Source of the DNA: Candidatus Woesearchaeota archaeon
Lineage (GTDB): Archaea; Nanobdellota; Nanobdellia; Woesearchaeales; GW2011-AR9
Direction of reading: 5' to 3'
DNA length: 64,000 nt
NCBI GenBank assembly: GCA_945861715.1
Contig: CAMAVK010000002.1
Coordinates: 106,662 to 170,661, forward strand
How positions within the stretch are numbered: position 1 is the stretch's first letter; every line of letters begins with the position of its first letter. The notes beneath the pieces are model-generated. The model was not told where the DNA came from. It worked only from the letters and a program-made list of their open reading frames with translations, and did not search any database. Positions 9,217 through 18,885 of the stretch are shown here, piece after piece. The translations under genes and the position numbers were made by a program.

Positions 9217-10806
9217 ATGATATCTTCACGTGGGCTTTCAAAGGTTGTACTCATTGGTGTTATGGCTATTTTACTCGTGGGTGTTCTGGTATTTGTTATG
9301 TATAATAAAAGTGCTGTTGGGCAAGCTGTAGCTGTTAACACTGTTAACATTAATACTGTTCATGCGGGTGATGTAGGGCTTAGTGGTCCAGTTGTTGAGG
9401 GTTCAGAGAGCGCTTCAGTTGAAGTAGGACAAGAGTACTTTCTTCGTTTGTTTGCGAATCCCTCCGCTGATTTACATTCCTATGTTTTCACACTACGCTT
9501 TCCAGGGCAGTTTGCGTTTTCTGATACGCCTTATTCTTTCTCTACTCTAAATCCTGATTTTAGTATTCATCAGTCGGTTGTAAGTGGTGCTGATTATACT
9601 GAACTCATAGTAATGGTTAACTCGAATACTGGTGGGGTGATTGATGGCGGGCAGGCACTTTCACTTGGAAGAATATTTATGAGGGCAGTTTCTGAAGGAA
9701 GTACTAATCCTACTTTTTCGTTTAGTGCACTTGATGAGTCTGGAGCTATCATTCTTGGTGAGGATGACCATGTTTTTGTTACACCTATCCGTGCAGTTCT
9801 TCCCGCTGCGCCTCCTGGTTCTGAGGTGGATCCAATTATTGTTGATACTTGTGATGATAATGGGGTGGCTGTTCCAGTTATAACTCAGCGGTGTGGTGCT
9901 CAGGGTGTGGTTGAGTATTGTGCGCAGAATCTTGGTGAGTCTGCACAATGGTCAGTTGATCCTGATATGCAATGTGGTGCGGGTACACATTGTGCTGGTG
10001 CTGGGATGTGTACTGCTGATGTTGCTGCTTCCCCCGCTGTTGCTGTTGTTGGGGGTGTCTGTGTAGTTGGAGACAGTGCGTCGGGTTTAGTTTGTGAGAA
10101 TAGTGTATGGAAGATTGCGAGCGGATGGGATTGTGGATTGCATAGATCTGATTGTGTTTCTGGTACGGCTTGCTCTGCTGATGGGATTTGTCGAGTACCG
10201 GTAGTAGCTGTTGATATGTGTACTGTGGGTGATACTCGTTGTGCAGGTCTGAGTGCTCAAGAAGAATGTGTTCGCGGTGCTGATGGTATACTTGCGTGGG
10301 GCAATATGCAGGGGTGTACCACTCTTATTAGTGGTCAGTTGGGTCGGTCAGTTTCGCACGCGTTTTGTCCGTATGGAGTTCCGGGTGCATCGCAACACTG
10401 TATTGCAGATGAAAACCGTAATGGTATAGAGGATGGACCCAACGATCCTGTTGAAGTTGAAGCTGCTGCGCCTCCTGCTCCTGAGGTTCCTGCAGTTGAG
10501 GAAGTTCCTGCAGTAGTTTGTGTGCTTGGCGATTATAACTCGGATGGACGTGTGTCGATTCAAGACTTTCGTGGATTTCGGTCCCATGTGTTGTCGTGGA
10601 ATGATTTGAGTTCGAACTTGGATTGTGGTTCTGCAGGTCAACAATCCTGTTCCGTTCGTGGTCAGTTCCAATGTGATTCCGGATTAGGGTTTGGTGCTGC
10701 CGTGTCGGCATGTAATCCTGGGTGTGTCGTTGGTGACTTTGATTCCAACGGTCGGGTTTCGATTCAGGATTTTAGAGGATTTAGAAACGCGGTATTGCGT
10801 AGGTAG
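9217..10806 (+). CDS. Surface protein: N-terminal TM, cohesin-like domain, Cys-rich repeats, C-terminal split dockerin
   Basis: 'SVEVGQEYFLRLFAN..SYVFTLRFP..LGRIFMRAVSEG' cohesin-like pattern; two C-terminal GDxxxxGRVSIQD loops; ATG 2 nt after the upstream stop. Confidence 0.75.
   Translation: MISSRGLSKVVLIGVMAILLVGVLVFVMYNKSAVGQAVAVNTVNINTVHAGDVGLSGPVVEGSESASVEVGQEYFLRLFANPSADLHSYVFTLRFPGQFAFSDTPYSFSTLNPDFSIHQSVVSGADYTELIVMVNSNTGGVIDGGQALSLGRIFMRAVSEGSTNPTFSFSALDESGAIILGEDDHVFVTPIRAVLPAAPPGSEVDPIIVDTCDDNGVAVPVITQRCGAQGVVEYCAQNLGESAQWSVDPDMQCGAGTHCAGAGMCTADVAASPAVAVVGGVCVVGDSASGLVCENSVWKIASGWDCGLHRSDCVSGTACSADGICRVPVVAVDMCTVGDTRCAGLSAQEECVRGADGILAWGNMQGCTTLISGQLGRSVSHAFCPYGVPGASQHCIADENRNGIEDGPNDPVEVEAAAPPAPEVPAVEEVPAVVCVLGDYNSDGRVSIQDFRGFRSHVLSWNDLSSNLDCGSAGQQSCSVRGQFQCDSGLGFGAAVSACNPGCVVGDFDSNGRVSIQDFRGFRNAVLRR
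10519..10803 (+). repeat. 285-bp split-dockerin module, copy 1
   Basis: Same length and high similarity to 11416-11700 and 14186-14470. Confidence 0.9.
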
Positions 10807-10812
10807 GGAAGA

Positions 10813-11703
10813 ATGAATTCTACTACTTTTGTTTTTCTTATTTTTGTGCTTCTTTCAACGTTTGTTATTGCCCCACAACAACCTGGTGCTGGAGAAGTTC
10901 CTGTCGTTACTTGTGTTGGAACTCCACTCCCTGGTACTACACCTTGTTGGTCTGGGACTGGTGTTGTAGCTCCTGGTACTCCTATCAGGTATATCACTGC
11001 TGGTAATGCTGTTTGTGGCGATTCATTCGAATGTAAGTATGCTTGTCCTTTGGGCCAAGTGGCTGCTCTTGATGGCTCTGGTTGTCCTACACCGATTAGT
11101 TTTGATTTAACTCCGGGAGCTTCTCAGCTTTTCCGTTGGAATAGCCAGTTGGATTACAAACTGACTCTTACTCCGGAAGGTTTGAATTCGGATGTAGCCA
11201 ATGTAGATATTTTGGAGCGGACTGCTGATGGTGCTTATCACTCGGTTCGCCGGCTGCGCTTGCTATGGGGTGAGCCTCTTACAGTGGATATTTCTGTTGC
11301 AAGGGTGGGTCCAGAGATTTATGTAACATATGATACTGACGCTGGTGGTGTTTATTTTTTCAAATTACAAAGTGTTGACAATTCTCCATTAATTTTGCAG
11401 GCTAACGCGGGTGATTGTCTTCGAGGCGATTATAATGTTGATGGTCGTGTTTCAATTCAAGACTTTCGTGGATTTCGATCGCATGTATTGTCGTGGTCAA
11501 CTTTGAGTGAGGATGCAACTTGTGGTGGAGAAGGGCAACAAAGTTGTGCTGTGCGTGGTCAGTTCCAATGTGATTCCGGGTTAGGGTTTGGTGCTGCCGC
11601 GTTAGTTTGTGCTGCGAGTTGCAATATTGGTGACTTTGATTCTAATGGTCGCGTTTCTATTCGGGATTTTAGAGGATTTCGTAATGCGGTTCTGGGAAGA
11701 TAA
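10813..11703 (+). CDS. Secreted Cys-rich protein with C-terminal split dockerin
   Basis: Signal peptide, a C..ECKYAC module, a beta-rich middle and the shared 95-aa C-terminal module. Confidence 0.8.
   Translation: MNSTTFVFLIFVLLSTFVIAPQQPGAGEVPVVTCVGTPLPGTTPCWSGTGVVAPGTPIRYITAGNAVCGDSFECKYACPLGQVAALDGSGCPTPISFDLTPGASQLFRWNSQLDYKLTLTPEGLNSDVANVDILERTADGAYHSVRRLRLLWGEPLTVDISVARVGPEIYVTYDTDAGGVYFFKLQSVDNSPLILQANAGDCLRGDYNVDGRVSIQDFRGFRSHVLSWSTLSEDATCGGEGQQSCAVRGQFQCDSGLGFGAAALVCAASCNIGDFDSNGRVSIRDFRGFRNAVLGR
11416..11700 (+). repeat. 285-bp split-dockerin module, copy 2
   Basis: Encodes CLRGDYNVDGRVSIQDFRGFRSHVLSW...GDFDSNGRVSIRDFRGFRNAVLGR. Confidence 0.9.
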
Positions 11704-11827
11704 CATTTTTTCCCCTATGCTTTAGATATCTGTCACATTTTCAGTTGAGAGTGTGTTTATCGCTTCAATGTTGTTTTGAATGTAGATTCGTCGAAGACTT
11801 TTTAAATTCCAGTTTTATTGTTATTAT

Positions 11828-14473
11828 ATGCGCTCTGGATGGTTGATGTTTATACTAGTACTTGTTTTAGTGTTAGTCCCCATGGTTGAGGCCATTGAGT
11901 TTTCTGGATGTAATTCGTATTTTTCAAGTGCTACCTGCATATCTCACTCTGAGTGTTTTTGGAGGTATGGTAATTTAGGGGTAGGTAGTTGTCTTACGAA
12001 GGCTGGAACTCCAGCGTCAATTTCGGTTTCTTGTCCGAGTGTGGTGTCTGTTAATCAAACGTTTGAATGCACTTTATCAGGTGAGAATGTTAGGTTGAAT
12101 AATGCGGAGATTGCTATTTTTGCTAATCCATTAGAAATACATGGGACTCCTTCAATCTCAAGCATGCAGTGGTATTCTGCGCAAAATCCTTTTTACACCC
12201 TACTCTCTGATAGGCTTTCGATAGTTTCTCTTGCGGATTATCAACCAGTACTTAATGATAGGATCGCTTCTCCCTATTTTGGTCCAATTATGAGATTTAA
12301 GATAGCATTGTCTCGTAATGTTAATAGGATTTCTGTTTCTGTTACGGGGTCTGACCTTCAACTTGATACTTCAAGTGGTCCTATTACGGTTCAACAAGGT
12401 TCTATTCCAATCACTTTTCCTTGCTATAATTCGTGGAATCGACCAGTATCTTTGGCGCAAGTTTCTACTCTTAATCCTATTTATTGTTCTGTTGTTTTTA
12501 CAAATGATTATTTTGGCAAGAATTTACGGATGTCATTTGGGATTTCTTCAGCTGGGTTGGCTCCGAGTTATATCAACCCCGATACATCGGCCGATTTTGT
12601 CCATTATTACACCACTGGTAAACCAGGGGTTGATATTAATGATAATTTGGTAATTACCAATTTAGATGTTCCTTTTGGTCAACCAATAACCATCACTTCT
12701 TCTGATAGAATACCAAAAGGGGCAGTTTTATCTATGGGGATGTTGTATACTCGTACAGGTTCTATTACTCCAACTCTTAGTACTTTATCTAGTTCTGGTC
12801 CTCCATTCCGTCTAACAGGGTCTCCAATTATGGTAAATTATTTTCTGGGTGGAGGGTGTCAACCGAGAGGGAGAGAGTTAGTACTGGAAGGAGCACATCC
12901 AGGTCAAGTTGTGTGTGGATTAATGAATGGTCAGCAGGGATGGATTTCAAAGATAGGTTCATACTGTGTAGATAATAATAATTGTGGTGATACTGGACGT
13001 TGCCAACAAGGTGTGTGTAAAGTTGCGTCTGGTAGCTCTTGTGTACGAGATTTGGATTGTATGTCGGGTGATGCTTGTGAGTCAAATAGCTGTTCGTTTG
13101 TTAGACTAAATGCTCCTTGTACCGTTGCCGGTAAAACGGTTATTACCCCGATTTTCGGAACTTTGAAATGTGTATTGCGTGAGGGTAATCTGAGATGGCT
13201 CGGGGTACTTTCAACGGGGTGTGATGGGGATGCGTCTTGTGATACGGGTTTATTTTGTTCCAATTCTCGGTGTGCACCTGTTGCGGTTGGTGCTCCTTGC
13301 GTGACTCTTGGTGCTTTTCAGGGAAGAATTCCTTCATATGATGTAGCTACTTCGTTTATCTGTTCAACTGTTCCTGGCTCCTCTCCTTTACGTGAGGAAG
13401 TGCGGTTGAAAAGTAATAGTCCTTGCAGATTAGATTCTGAGTGTGTGTATGGTGATGTGTGCGATGGGGGACGGTGTCGCTTTGTATCCCCTGGGCGTGA
13501 TTGTTTCATTGAAGGTCGTGAGCTTTTTCAAAGTGGTCGATTATATCGATGTGTTCTGGAAGAAGATGGTCTGAGTTGGAAGTCTGTTCCTGGTAATGTT
13601 TGTGCTGCTGATGGTGATTGTGATTCAGATGTGTCTCTTTTTTGTAGTGTAGGGAGGTGTGCAGTTATGGATTCGGGGTTACCTTGCTTTGCAGCTGGTA
13701 CGCGTTTTGTAGAAGGTAGTTCCGACCCTTATCGTTGTATTTCTATTGATGGAACTAATGCGGCGGGATCTTATCGTTTATCAGTTACTAATGGTGGGGC
13801 GTGTGATGCACATTCGGAGTGTATGTCTGGTCAGTGTAATGGTGGGTTCTGTTCTCGGTTTGAAATTTTTCATACTTGTTATCAATTGCATTCAACATGG
13901 ACTCAAGATAGTCGCACTCTTGTTTGCGAGCAGACTTCACAGTTAATCCCAGCGTTTATTTGGAAGGTCCCCGAGGGAGGAAGGTGTCAGGGTGATGATG
14001 GGCTATCGTATCCCAATCGCTGTGCAGCTGAAAATTCGCGTTGTGTGGATGGTCGATGTCTTGCTGAAGGTGAGTTATGCTCTGTTCTTAACTCTCAAAT
14101 TAATGGTGATGTAAATTCTCTTGTGTGTAAAATAGTTGGGGATCATTTAGAATGGGTCTTAGAGGGTGTGGTGGTACAGGGTGAATGTCTCTTGGGTGAT
14201 TATACTGGTGATGGTCGTGTGTCGATTCAAGACTTTCGTGGATTTCGGTCGCATGTGTTGTCATGGAGTGATCTTAGTTCTAATGTTGACTGCGGAGCTG
14301 GGGGTCAGCAATCGTGTGCGGTACGTGGTCAGTTCCAATGTGATTCTGGTTTAGGGTTTGGCGGGGCTGTGTCACAATGTGGCGCTCATTGTAATATTGG
14401 GGATTTTGATTCTAATGGTCGGGTTTCAATTCAGGACTTTCGTGGGTTTAGAAACGCGGTTCTTGTTCGATAA
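11828..14473 (+). CDS. Secreted protein: beta-sandwich (possibly cohesin-like) domains, about 6 Cys-rich repeats, C-terminal split dockerin
   Basis: Signal peptide; repeats of the form C..G....L.C......W....G..C..D.DC..G..C..G.C; shared C-terminal module; TATA TTTTTAAA about 25 nt upstream. Confidence 0.8.
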   Translation: MRSGWLMFILVLVLVLVPMVEAIEFSGCNSYFSSATCISHSECFWRYGNLGVGSCLTKAGTPASISVSCPSVVSVNQTFECTLSGENVRLNNAEIAIFANPLEIHGTPSISSMQWYSAQNPFYTLLSDRLSIVSLADYQPVLNDRIASPYFGPIMRFKIALSRNVNRISVSVTGSDLQLDTSSGPITVQQGSIPITFPCYNSWNRPVSLAQVSTLNPIYCSVVFTNDYFGKNLRMSFGISSAGLAPSYINPDTSADFVHYYTTGKPGVDINDNLVITNLDVPFGQPITITSSDRIPKGAVLSMGMLYTRTGSITPTLSTLSSSGPPFRLTGSPIMVNYFLGGGCQPRGRELVLEGAHPGQVVCGLMNGQQGWISKIGSYCVDNNNCGDTGRCQQGVCKVASGSSCVRDLDCMSGDACESNSCSFVRLNAPCTVAGKTVITPIFGTLKCVLREGNLRWLGVLSTGCDGDASCDTGLFCSNSRCAPVAVGAPCVTLGAFQGRIPSYDVATSFICSTVPGSSPLREEVRLKSNSPCRLDSECVYGDVCDGGRCRFVSPGRDCFIEGRELFQSGRLYRCVLEEDGLSWKSVPGNVCAADGDCDSDVSLFCSVGRCAVMDSGLPCFAAGTRFVEGSSDPYRCISIDGTNAAGSYRLSVTNGGACDAHSECMSGQCNGGFCSRFEIFHTCYQLHSTWTQDSRTLVCEQTSQLIPAFIWKVPEGGRCQGDDGLSYPNRCAAENSRCVDGRCLAEGELCSVLNSQINGDVNSLVCKIVGDHLEWVLEGVVVQGECLLGDYTGDGRVSIQDFRGFRSHVLSWSDLSSNVDCGAGGQQSCAVRGQFQCDSGLGFGGAVSQCGAHCNIGDFDSNGRVSIQDFRGFRNAVLVR
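14186..14470 (+). repeat. 285-bp split-dockerin module, copy 3
   Basis: Encodes CLLGDYTGDGRVSIQDFRGFRSHVLSW...GDFDSNGRVSIQDFRGFRNAVLVR. Confidence 0.9.
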
Positions 14474-14553
14474 TACTATTTTTGATATTACGAAAGGTTT
14501 ATATTTACTAATTGAATACATTAATCAAGTTTTACTACTACGAGGGATGATGG

Positions 14554-15336
14554 ATGGCTAAGTTTTACTCACTGTTAATACTATTTTTACTAATGCTTGG
14601 TTCTGTGGTTTTGGCAGATGCAACGTTTACACTTAGTCCGAATCCAGCGACGGCAAGTGTAGGTGATACGGTGACTGTTACACTGGCCTTTGATGCTGGT
14701 GGCGCAGTTAATCCTTTTAGTACTGCATATGTTTTAACTTCGCAGCAGCTTACTTTTGATGATCCGGCTGGGCCGCAATGCGGGTTAGAAGATAACTCCG
14801 ACTCTCATATTTTAAATTGTGATTATATGGAGGCCTTCGCTCCAAATTCTTTTGTGATTACTGCTCGGGTTGTTTCAGTACCTATAACTATCAATCTCGA
14901 GCAAGCCTATGTAGATCTTTATAATCCTAATAATGATGATGAGTCTATTTCGGTGAATGTGGCGCCTGTTCCTCCGTTAATTATTCCTGCTGCTAATGCT
15001 GCTGCTGGTGGTGGTGTACCTGCTGCTTGTCAAGAATCTTGGGCATGCTCCGACTTCTCAAATTGTGCAAATGGGCAAGAAACACGAACTTGCGAAGATA
15101 CTAATCATTGTGGGACTCAAGTATCTCAGCCTGTACCTTCGCGTGCCTGTGTGGATGGTCCATCTTGTCATGAGGGAACTCATAATGAAGGTGGTAGTTG
15201 TGTTGCTGATGTTGCTCCTCTCTCTCAAGAAGATTTGCTTGCACAATTAGAAACTGTTCTTGGTGGATCTGGGTTGAATAGATTACAGCAAATCTCACAT
15301 ATCGCCCGATTATTAATGCAGGGTGGTGTACAATGA
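14554..15336 (+). CDS. Secreted protein: cohesin-like N-domain, TSP1-like Cys module, C-terminal helical motif
   Basis: Signal peptide; 'TFTLSPNPATASVGDTVTVTL'; 'CQESWACSDFSNCANGQETRTCEDTNHCGT'. Confidence 0.7.
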   Translation: MAKFYSLLILFLLMLGSVVLADATFTLSPNPATASVGDTVTVTLAFDAGGAVNPFSTAYVLTSQQLTFDDPAGPQCGLEDNSDSHILNCDYMEAFAPNSFVITARVVSVPITINLEQAYVDLYNPNNDDESISVNVAPVPPLIIPAANAAAGGGVPAACQESWACSDFSNCANGQETRTCEDTNHCGTQVSQPVPSRACVDGPSCHEGTHNEGGSCVADVAPLSQEDLLAQLETVLGGSGLNRLQQISHIARLLMQGGVQ

Positions 15337-18300
15337 AGTTTCGTGCATTTTCTTTTTGTGTACTCCTTTTAGCTCTTAGTCTGGGTTCTTTGGCTGCGAC
15401 TACTGTATTTTTTCAGCCTTCCACACTATCTCTAGCTCAAGGTGAAGTAAAAGAAGTAACGGTTATAATAAATTCTGATCTACCACTCAACAGCATACAA
15501 ATTGCTGGTACATATGATCCAGCTAAGGTGTCTGTTGTTGCAACAAAATTGCCTTTGGTGGGTGCAAATGGTGTGGCATGGCCCGTTGCTACTATAGGGG
15601 CTCCCGTATTTGCTCCGCCTAGCAATCGCTTTGCTTATAATGCTGTTCTTAATCCAGATGTTCCTGCGCAATACCTTGCTCCTGGTCAGACGCGTCTTTT
15701 TACCTTGCGGTTTACTGGTATTGCTGCTGGTGTTAGTACAGTTTCTATGGCTTCAGCATTTTATAGGACGGGGGCAGTTAACCCTATTGCTATTGCTGTT
15801 TTACCCACTGTTTCTGTAACCGGTCCAGTTGCTCGTTTTAATCCTTTTCCTGGAACTCCATTTGATAATGCTCCTGTCACTCCTCGTGCAGCAGGGACAG
15901 TAGATCAGGAAAATTGTGAGTTTCGATCATCTGCGGGTATAATCTCTGCTGGTTTCAACAGCGATAGGGATAATATTATGCGTGATTCTCAAGATCCTGA
16001 TTGTTTGAATCAAGCATGCGATGTTGCTGCTCCAACTAAAAAATGGACGTGGTCTTATTATTTAGGTGATACGGCTCGTACTGCTCCTCCTTCGGCTTTA
16101 GGTACTGGTTGTTGTGCTCCAAATCAATGTGCTCTTGCAGGTCAATGTATGAACCCAGGTTCTATTGATGAATCTAGCGGTCATTCAATGGTATGTTTGG
16201 GTCATGATAATGCGGTTTTGAGTTCGGCGACTGTTGTTGCGGTAGCGGGTGCGGTTGCTCCAATTGATTCTAATCCGTCGGTTAATTCATGGCTAGTATG
16301 TACTCCTGGTAGTCGATCTGTTACGGTAGGTGGTATCGTGTATACCTGTGCAAATGGTCATTGGACTTCACCTGCGTGTAGAGCTCCAGATCCTGCTGCC
16401 TTTGCTCATTCTAGTTTCTGTGCTGGTGATGATGTAGGCGTGGTTGGTGCGCCTCTTGCGCCTGCTCTTGTTGGGTATGATATTTCAATGAATAGAGGTA
16501 TGTGTACTGCTGAGCGAAAGTGTGAGTATGCCTGTCAACAAGGATATCGGTTAGGAACAAATGCGAATGGTGCGCCTGCGTGTGTTTTAGATGTTCCATG
16601 TACTCCTACGCAAAATCCAGGTACAAATCCTAAACAATGTAAGGTAGGTAGTCCTACTGTTCTTCAGTATTGTGCAAATGTAAATAATTTAGTGCAGTGG
16701 GTTGATTCACCTTGTAGTGCAGGACAGACATGTCATGCTGCTGATGCGCAACATACACTTGCGTATTGTACTTTAGATGTTGATGCTGATGGTGTTGATG
16801 ATTCAATTGATAATTGTCGTATGATTGCTAATCCCAATCAAGCTAACGCGCGTTTAGGTACACCTCAAAATAATGGGTATGGTGATGCTTGTCAAGCAAA
16901 TGCTGCTTGTACTATGGTTAATGGTGCTGCTTCTGGTTTTGTTTGGAGTTATGATTCTAGAGAGAATCCTGGTATAAATCCTTTAATTGGATGTTGTGCT
17001 GCTGGATCTTGTGCAGATCGAAGAGGACTGTGTTTTACTTTTAATCCTGGAAACCCACAAACAATCAATGGATTTTGTAAGCCAGGTGGCAATTGGGAAA
17101 TCTGTGACATTAATACTCATGGACTTGTGAGTTCAACTAATCCTGACTATAGATGTTTAAGTAAGCAAATTGCTGTTCCTGGACAAATTGTCCCTGCGGT
17201 TCCTGACCCTGTTTGGGTAAGATGTATGCCTAGTAATTTCATCTCTTTTGCGGGATCAAAGTTGGCGACTCCTGGTAATGCAGCTTTTGTTGGTGATACT
17301 GAAGCTGGTGGGGTTGTTTGTGATGCTAATGGAGATTGGCACCCGTCACCATGTACAGGTATTATTCCTAACTCTAAGGTATGTACTGGTGATGATGTAG
17401 GTGTTGTTGATCAAACTCCTAAACTACTTGTTGCATCGTGTGATGCTCTTCCTCAAGCAAAGTGTCAATATGTGTGCTTGCGAGGATATATGAAGTCTGG
17501 TGGTAGTTGTGTTCCTGACTTAGATAATGATGCTATTGCTGACCCGGTTGATAACTGTCCTTCGGTTTATAACCCTGATCAAAATGCTGCAAGTTGTGTT
17601 GAAGGCAATGCTTGTATTTCGAAAATTGATGTTGATAAATATCTAAATGTTCCTTCTGTTGCTCTTCCTATTCCTCCGAATTCGGCTGCTGTTTGGACTT
17701 ATACCAATTCCCGAGATAATGTTGCTTCCAAAGTAGTTGCTTGTTGTAATGGTTACTTCAATCCTAATCCAGTATCCAATGATTGTGCACTTCCTAATGG
17801 ATATTGTATGAGAGAAAATGAAGTTTCTCGAGAGAAGTTATGCGGCGATAACCATATTATGGAAGTTTGTGATGCGCAGCATGATGGTGTAATCTCAAAA
17901 TCTAATCCTCTTGTGCGCTGTAAATTTACGAAGCAAGTTGATGCTTGTCGAGCAGGTGAACGTCTAGCAGGAGATATGTGTATAAATGATATTACCAGGA
18001 CAGCTCATGCTGCTGATTTCTGGGTTCCACAATGGCAAGTTTGTAATGAAGCAAATGTAGCGGATTATAATGATGGATCATCATGTCAAGCGAGTGGTGC
18101 ATGGCAGAGAGAAGAGTGTACTCTTGCGAAAGATGGCCAGGTTGGTTTAATGGATCATACCCTTCGGTGTAAGCATGACTGGATGGGTAGTCCTGCATGG
18201 ATTCAATGTAATACTGCAAATCTACAAATTTTCAATACTTTGAAGGATCAATACAATATTAATATTCGTAACCTTGTTCCTTCTCAAGGTTTTAATGATG

Positions 18301-18872
18301 GAAGTAGTTGTTCAGCAGCAGGTGATTGGATTTTGGAGCCATGTGGCCCCTCTAATCATGCTGATGTTCATACATTGAACCGCAAATTGCGTTGCCGAGC
18401 AGGTTTCGCACCTGAGGGACAAGTTGTGGCGCACCCAGTTTGGGTCCAATGTAATACTGCGAATTTAGTATTATTCAATGATAATCCTTCATGTGATGCT
18501 AGTGGATTTTGGCAAAGTGCAGAAATTGAGGCTAATCATGATTGTAATTTGGATCGTACTTGTACACCTGGTGATCCATGTTCACTAGATTCTGATTGTG
18601 CTGATGGTGCGTGTTCTAATGGAATTTGTGAACCAATTCAGGATGCAGATAATGATGGTGTTCCTGATGTTTTTGATCAATGTCCGGATACTTCTCCAGA
18701 TGAAATTAATATTGTAAATGGGGTTGGCTGTGTTGCGGGGGATAGCGAGGGTACAGTTGATGATTTTATAGAACTTGTTCGCGCGATACTCAATGATGAT
18801 TCAAATGATCATAAAATACAATCCATTGCAGAATTATTTAGGACTCATTTGGATGTCCTTGCAGTTAATTAA
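15333..18872 (+). CDS. Large secreted protein: N-terminal cohesin-like domain, many Cys-rich modules, TSP3 repeats
   Basis: 'VFFQPSTLSLAQGEVKEVTVIINSD..SIQIAGTYDPAKVSVV..LFTLRFTGIAAGVSTVSM' is a typical cohesin pattern; DxDxDGVxDxxDxC repeats; ATGA overlap with the upstream gene. Confidence 0.8.
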   Translation: MKFRAFSFCVLLLALSLGSLAATTVFFQPSTLSLAQGEVKEVTVIINSDLPLNSIQIAGTYDPAKVSVVATKLPLVGANGVAWPVATIGAPVFAPPSNRFAYNAVLNPDVPAQYLAPGQTRLFTLRFTGIAAGVSTVSMASAFYRTGAVNPIAIAVLPTVSVTGPVARFNPFPGTPFDNAPVTPRAAGTVDQENCEFRSSAGIISAGFNSDRDNIMRDSQDPDCLNQACDVAAPTKKWTWSYYLGDTARTAPPSALGTGCCAPNQCALAGQCMNPGSIDESSGHSMVCLGHDNAVLSSATVVAVAGAVAPIDSNPSVNSWLVCTPGSRSVTVGGIVYTCANGHWTSPACRAPDPAAFAHSSFCAGDDVGVVGAPLAPALVGYDISMNRGMCTAERKCEYACQQGYRLGTNANGAPACVLDVPCTPTQNPGTNPKQCKVGSPTVLQYCANVNNLVQWVDSPCSAGQTCHAADAQHTLAYCTLDVDADGVDDSIDNCRMIANPNQANARLGTPQNNGYGDACQANAACTMVNGAASGFVWSYDSRENPGINPLIGCCAAGSCADRRGLCFTFNPGNPQTINGFCKPGGNWEICDINTHGLVSSTNPDYRCLSKQIAVPGQIVPAVPDPVWVRCMPSNFISFAGSKLATPGNAAFVGDTEAGGVVCDANGDWHPSPCTGIIPNSKVCTGDDVGVVDQTPKLLVASCDALPQAKCQYVCLRGYMKSGGSCVPDLDNDAIADPVDNCPSVYNPDQNAASCVEGNACISKIDVDKYLNVPSVALPIPPNSAAVWTYTNSRDNVASKVVACCNGYFNPNPVSNDCALPNGYCMRENEVSREKLCGDNHIMEVCDAQHDGVISKSNPLVRCKFTKQVDACRAGERLAGDMCINDITRTAHAADFWVPQWQVCNEANVADYNDGSSCQASGAWQREECTLAKDGQVGLMDHTLRCKHDWMGSPAWIQCNTANLQIFNTLKDQYNINIRNLVPSQGFNDGSSCSAAGDWILEPCGPSNHADVHTLNRKLRCRAGFAPEGQVVAHPVWVQCNTANLVLFNDNPSCDASGFWQSAEIEANHDCNLDRTCTPGDPCSLDSDCADGACSNGICEPIQDADNDGVPDVFDQCPDTSPDEINIVNGVGCVAGDSEGTVDDFIELVRAILNDDSNDHKIQSIAELFRTHLDVLAVN

Positions 18873-18885
18873 CTAGGTGATACTT

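Noticed and set aside
10519-14470. The three 285-bp repeats as template/variable repeats of a diversity-generating retroelement
   Set aside because: All copies are in-frame coding, differences involve all bases and are often synonymous rather than adenine-specific, and there is no reverse transcriptase in the window.
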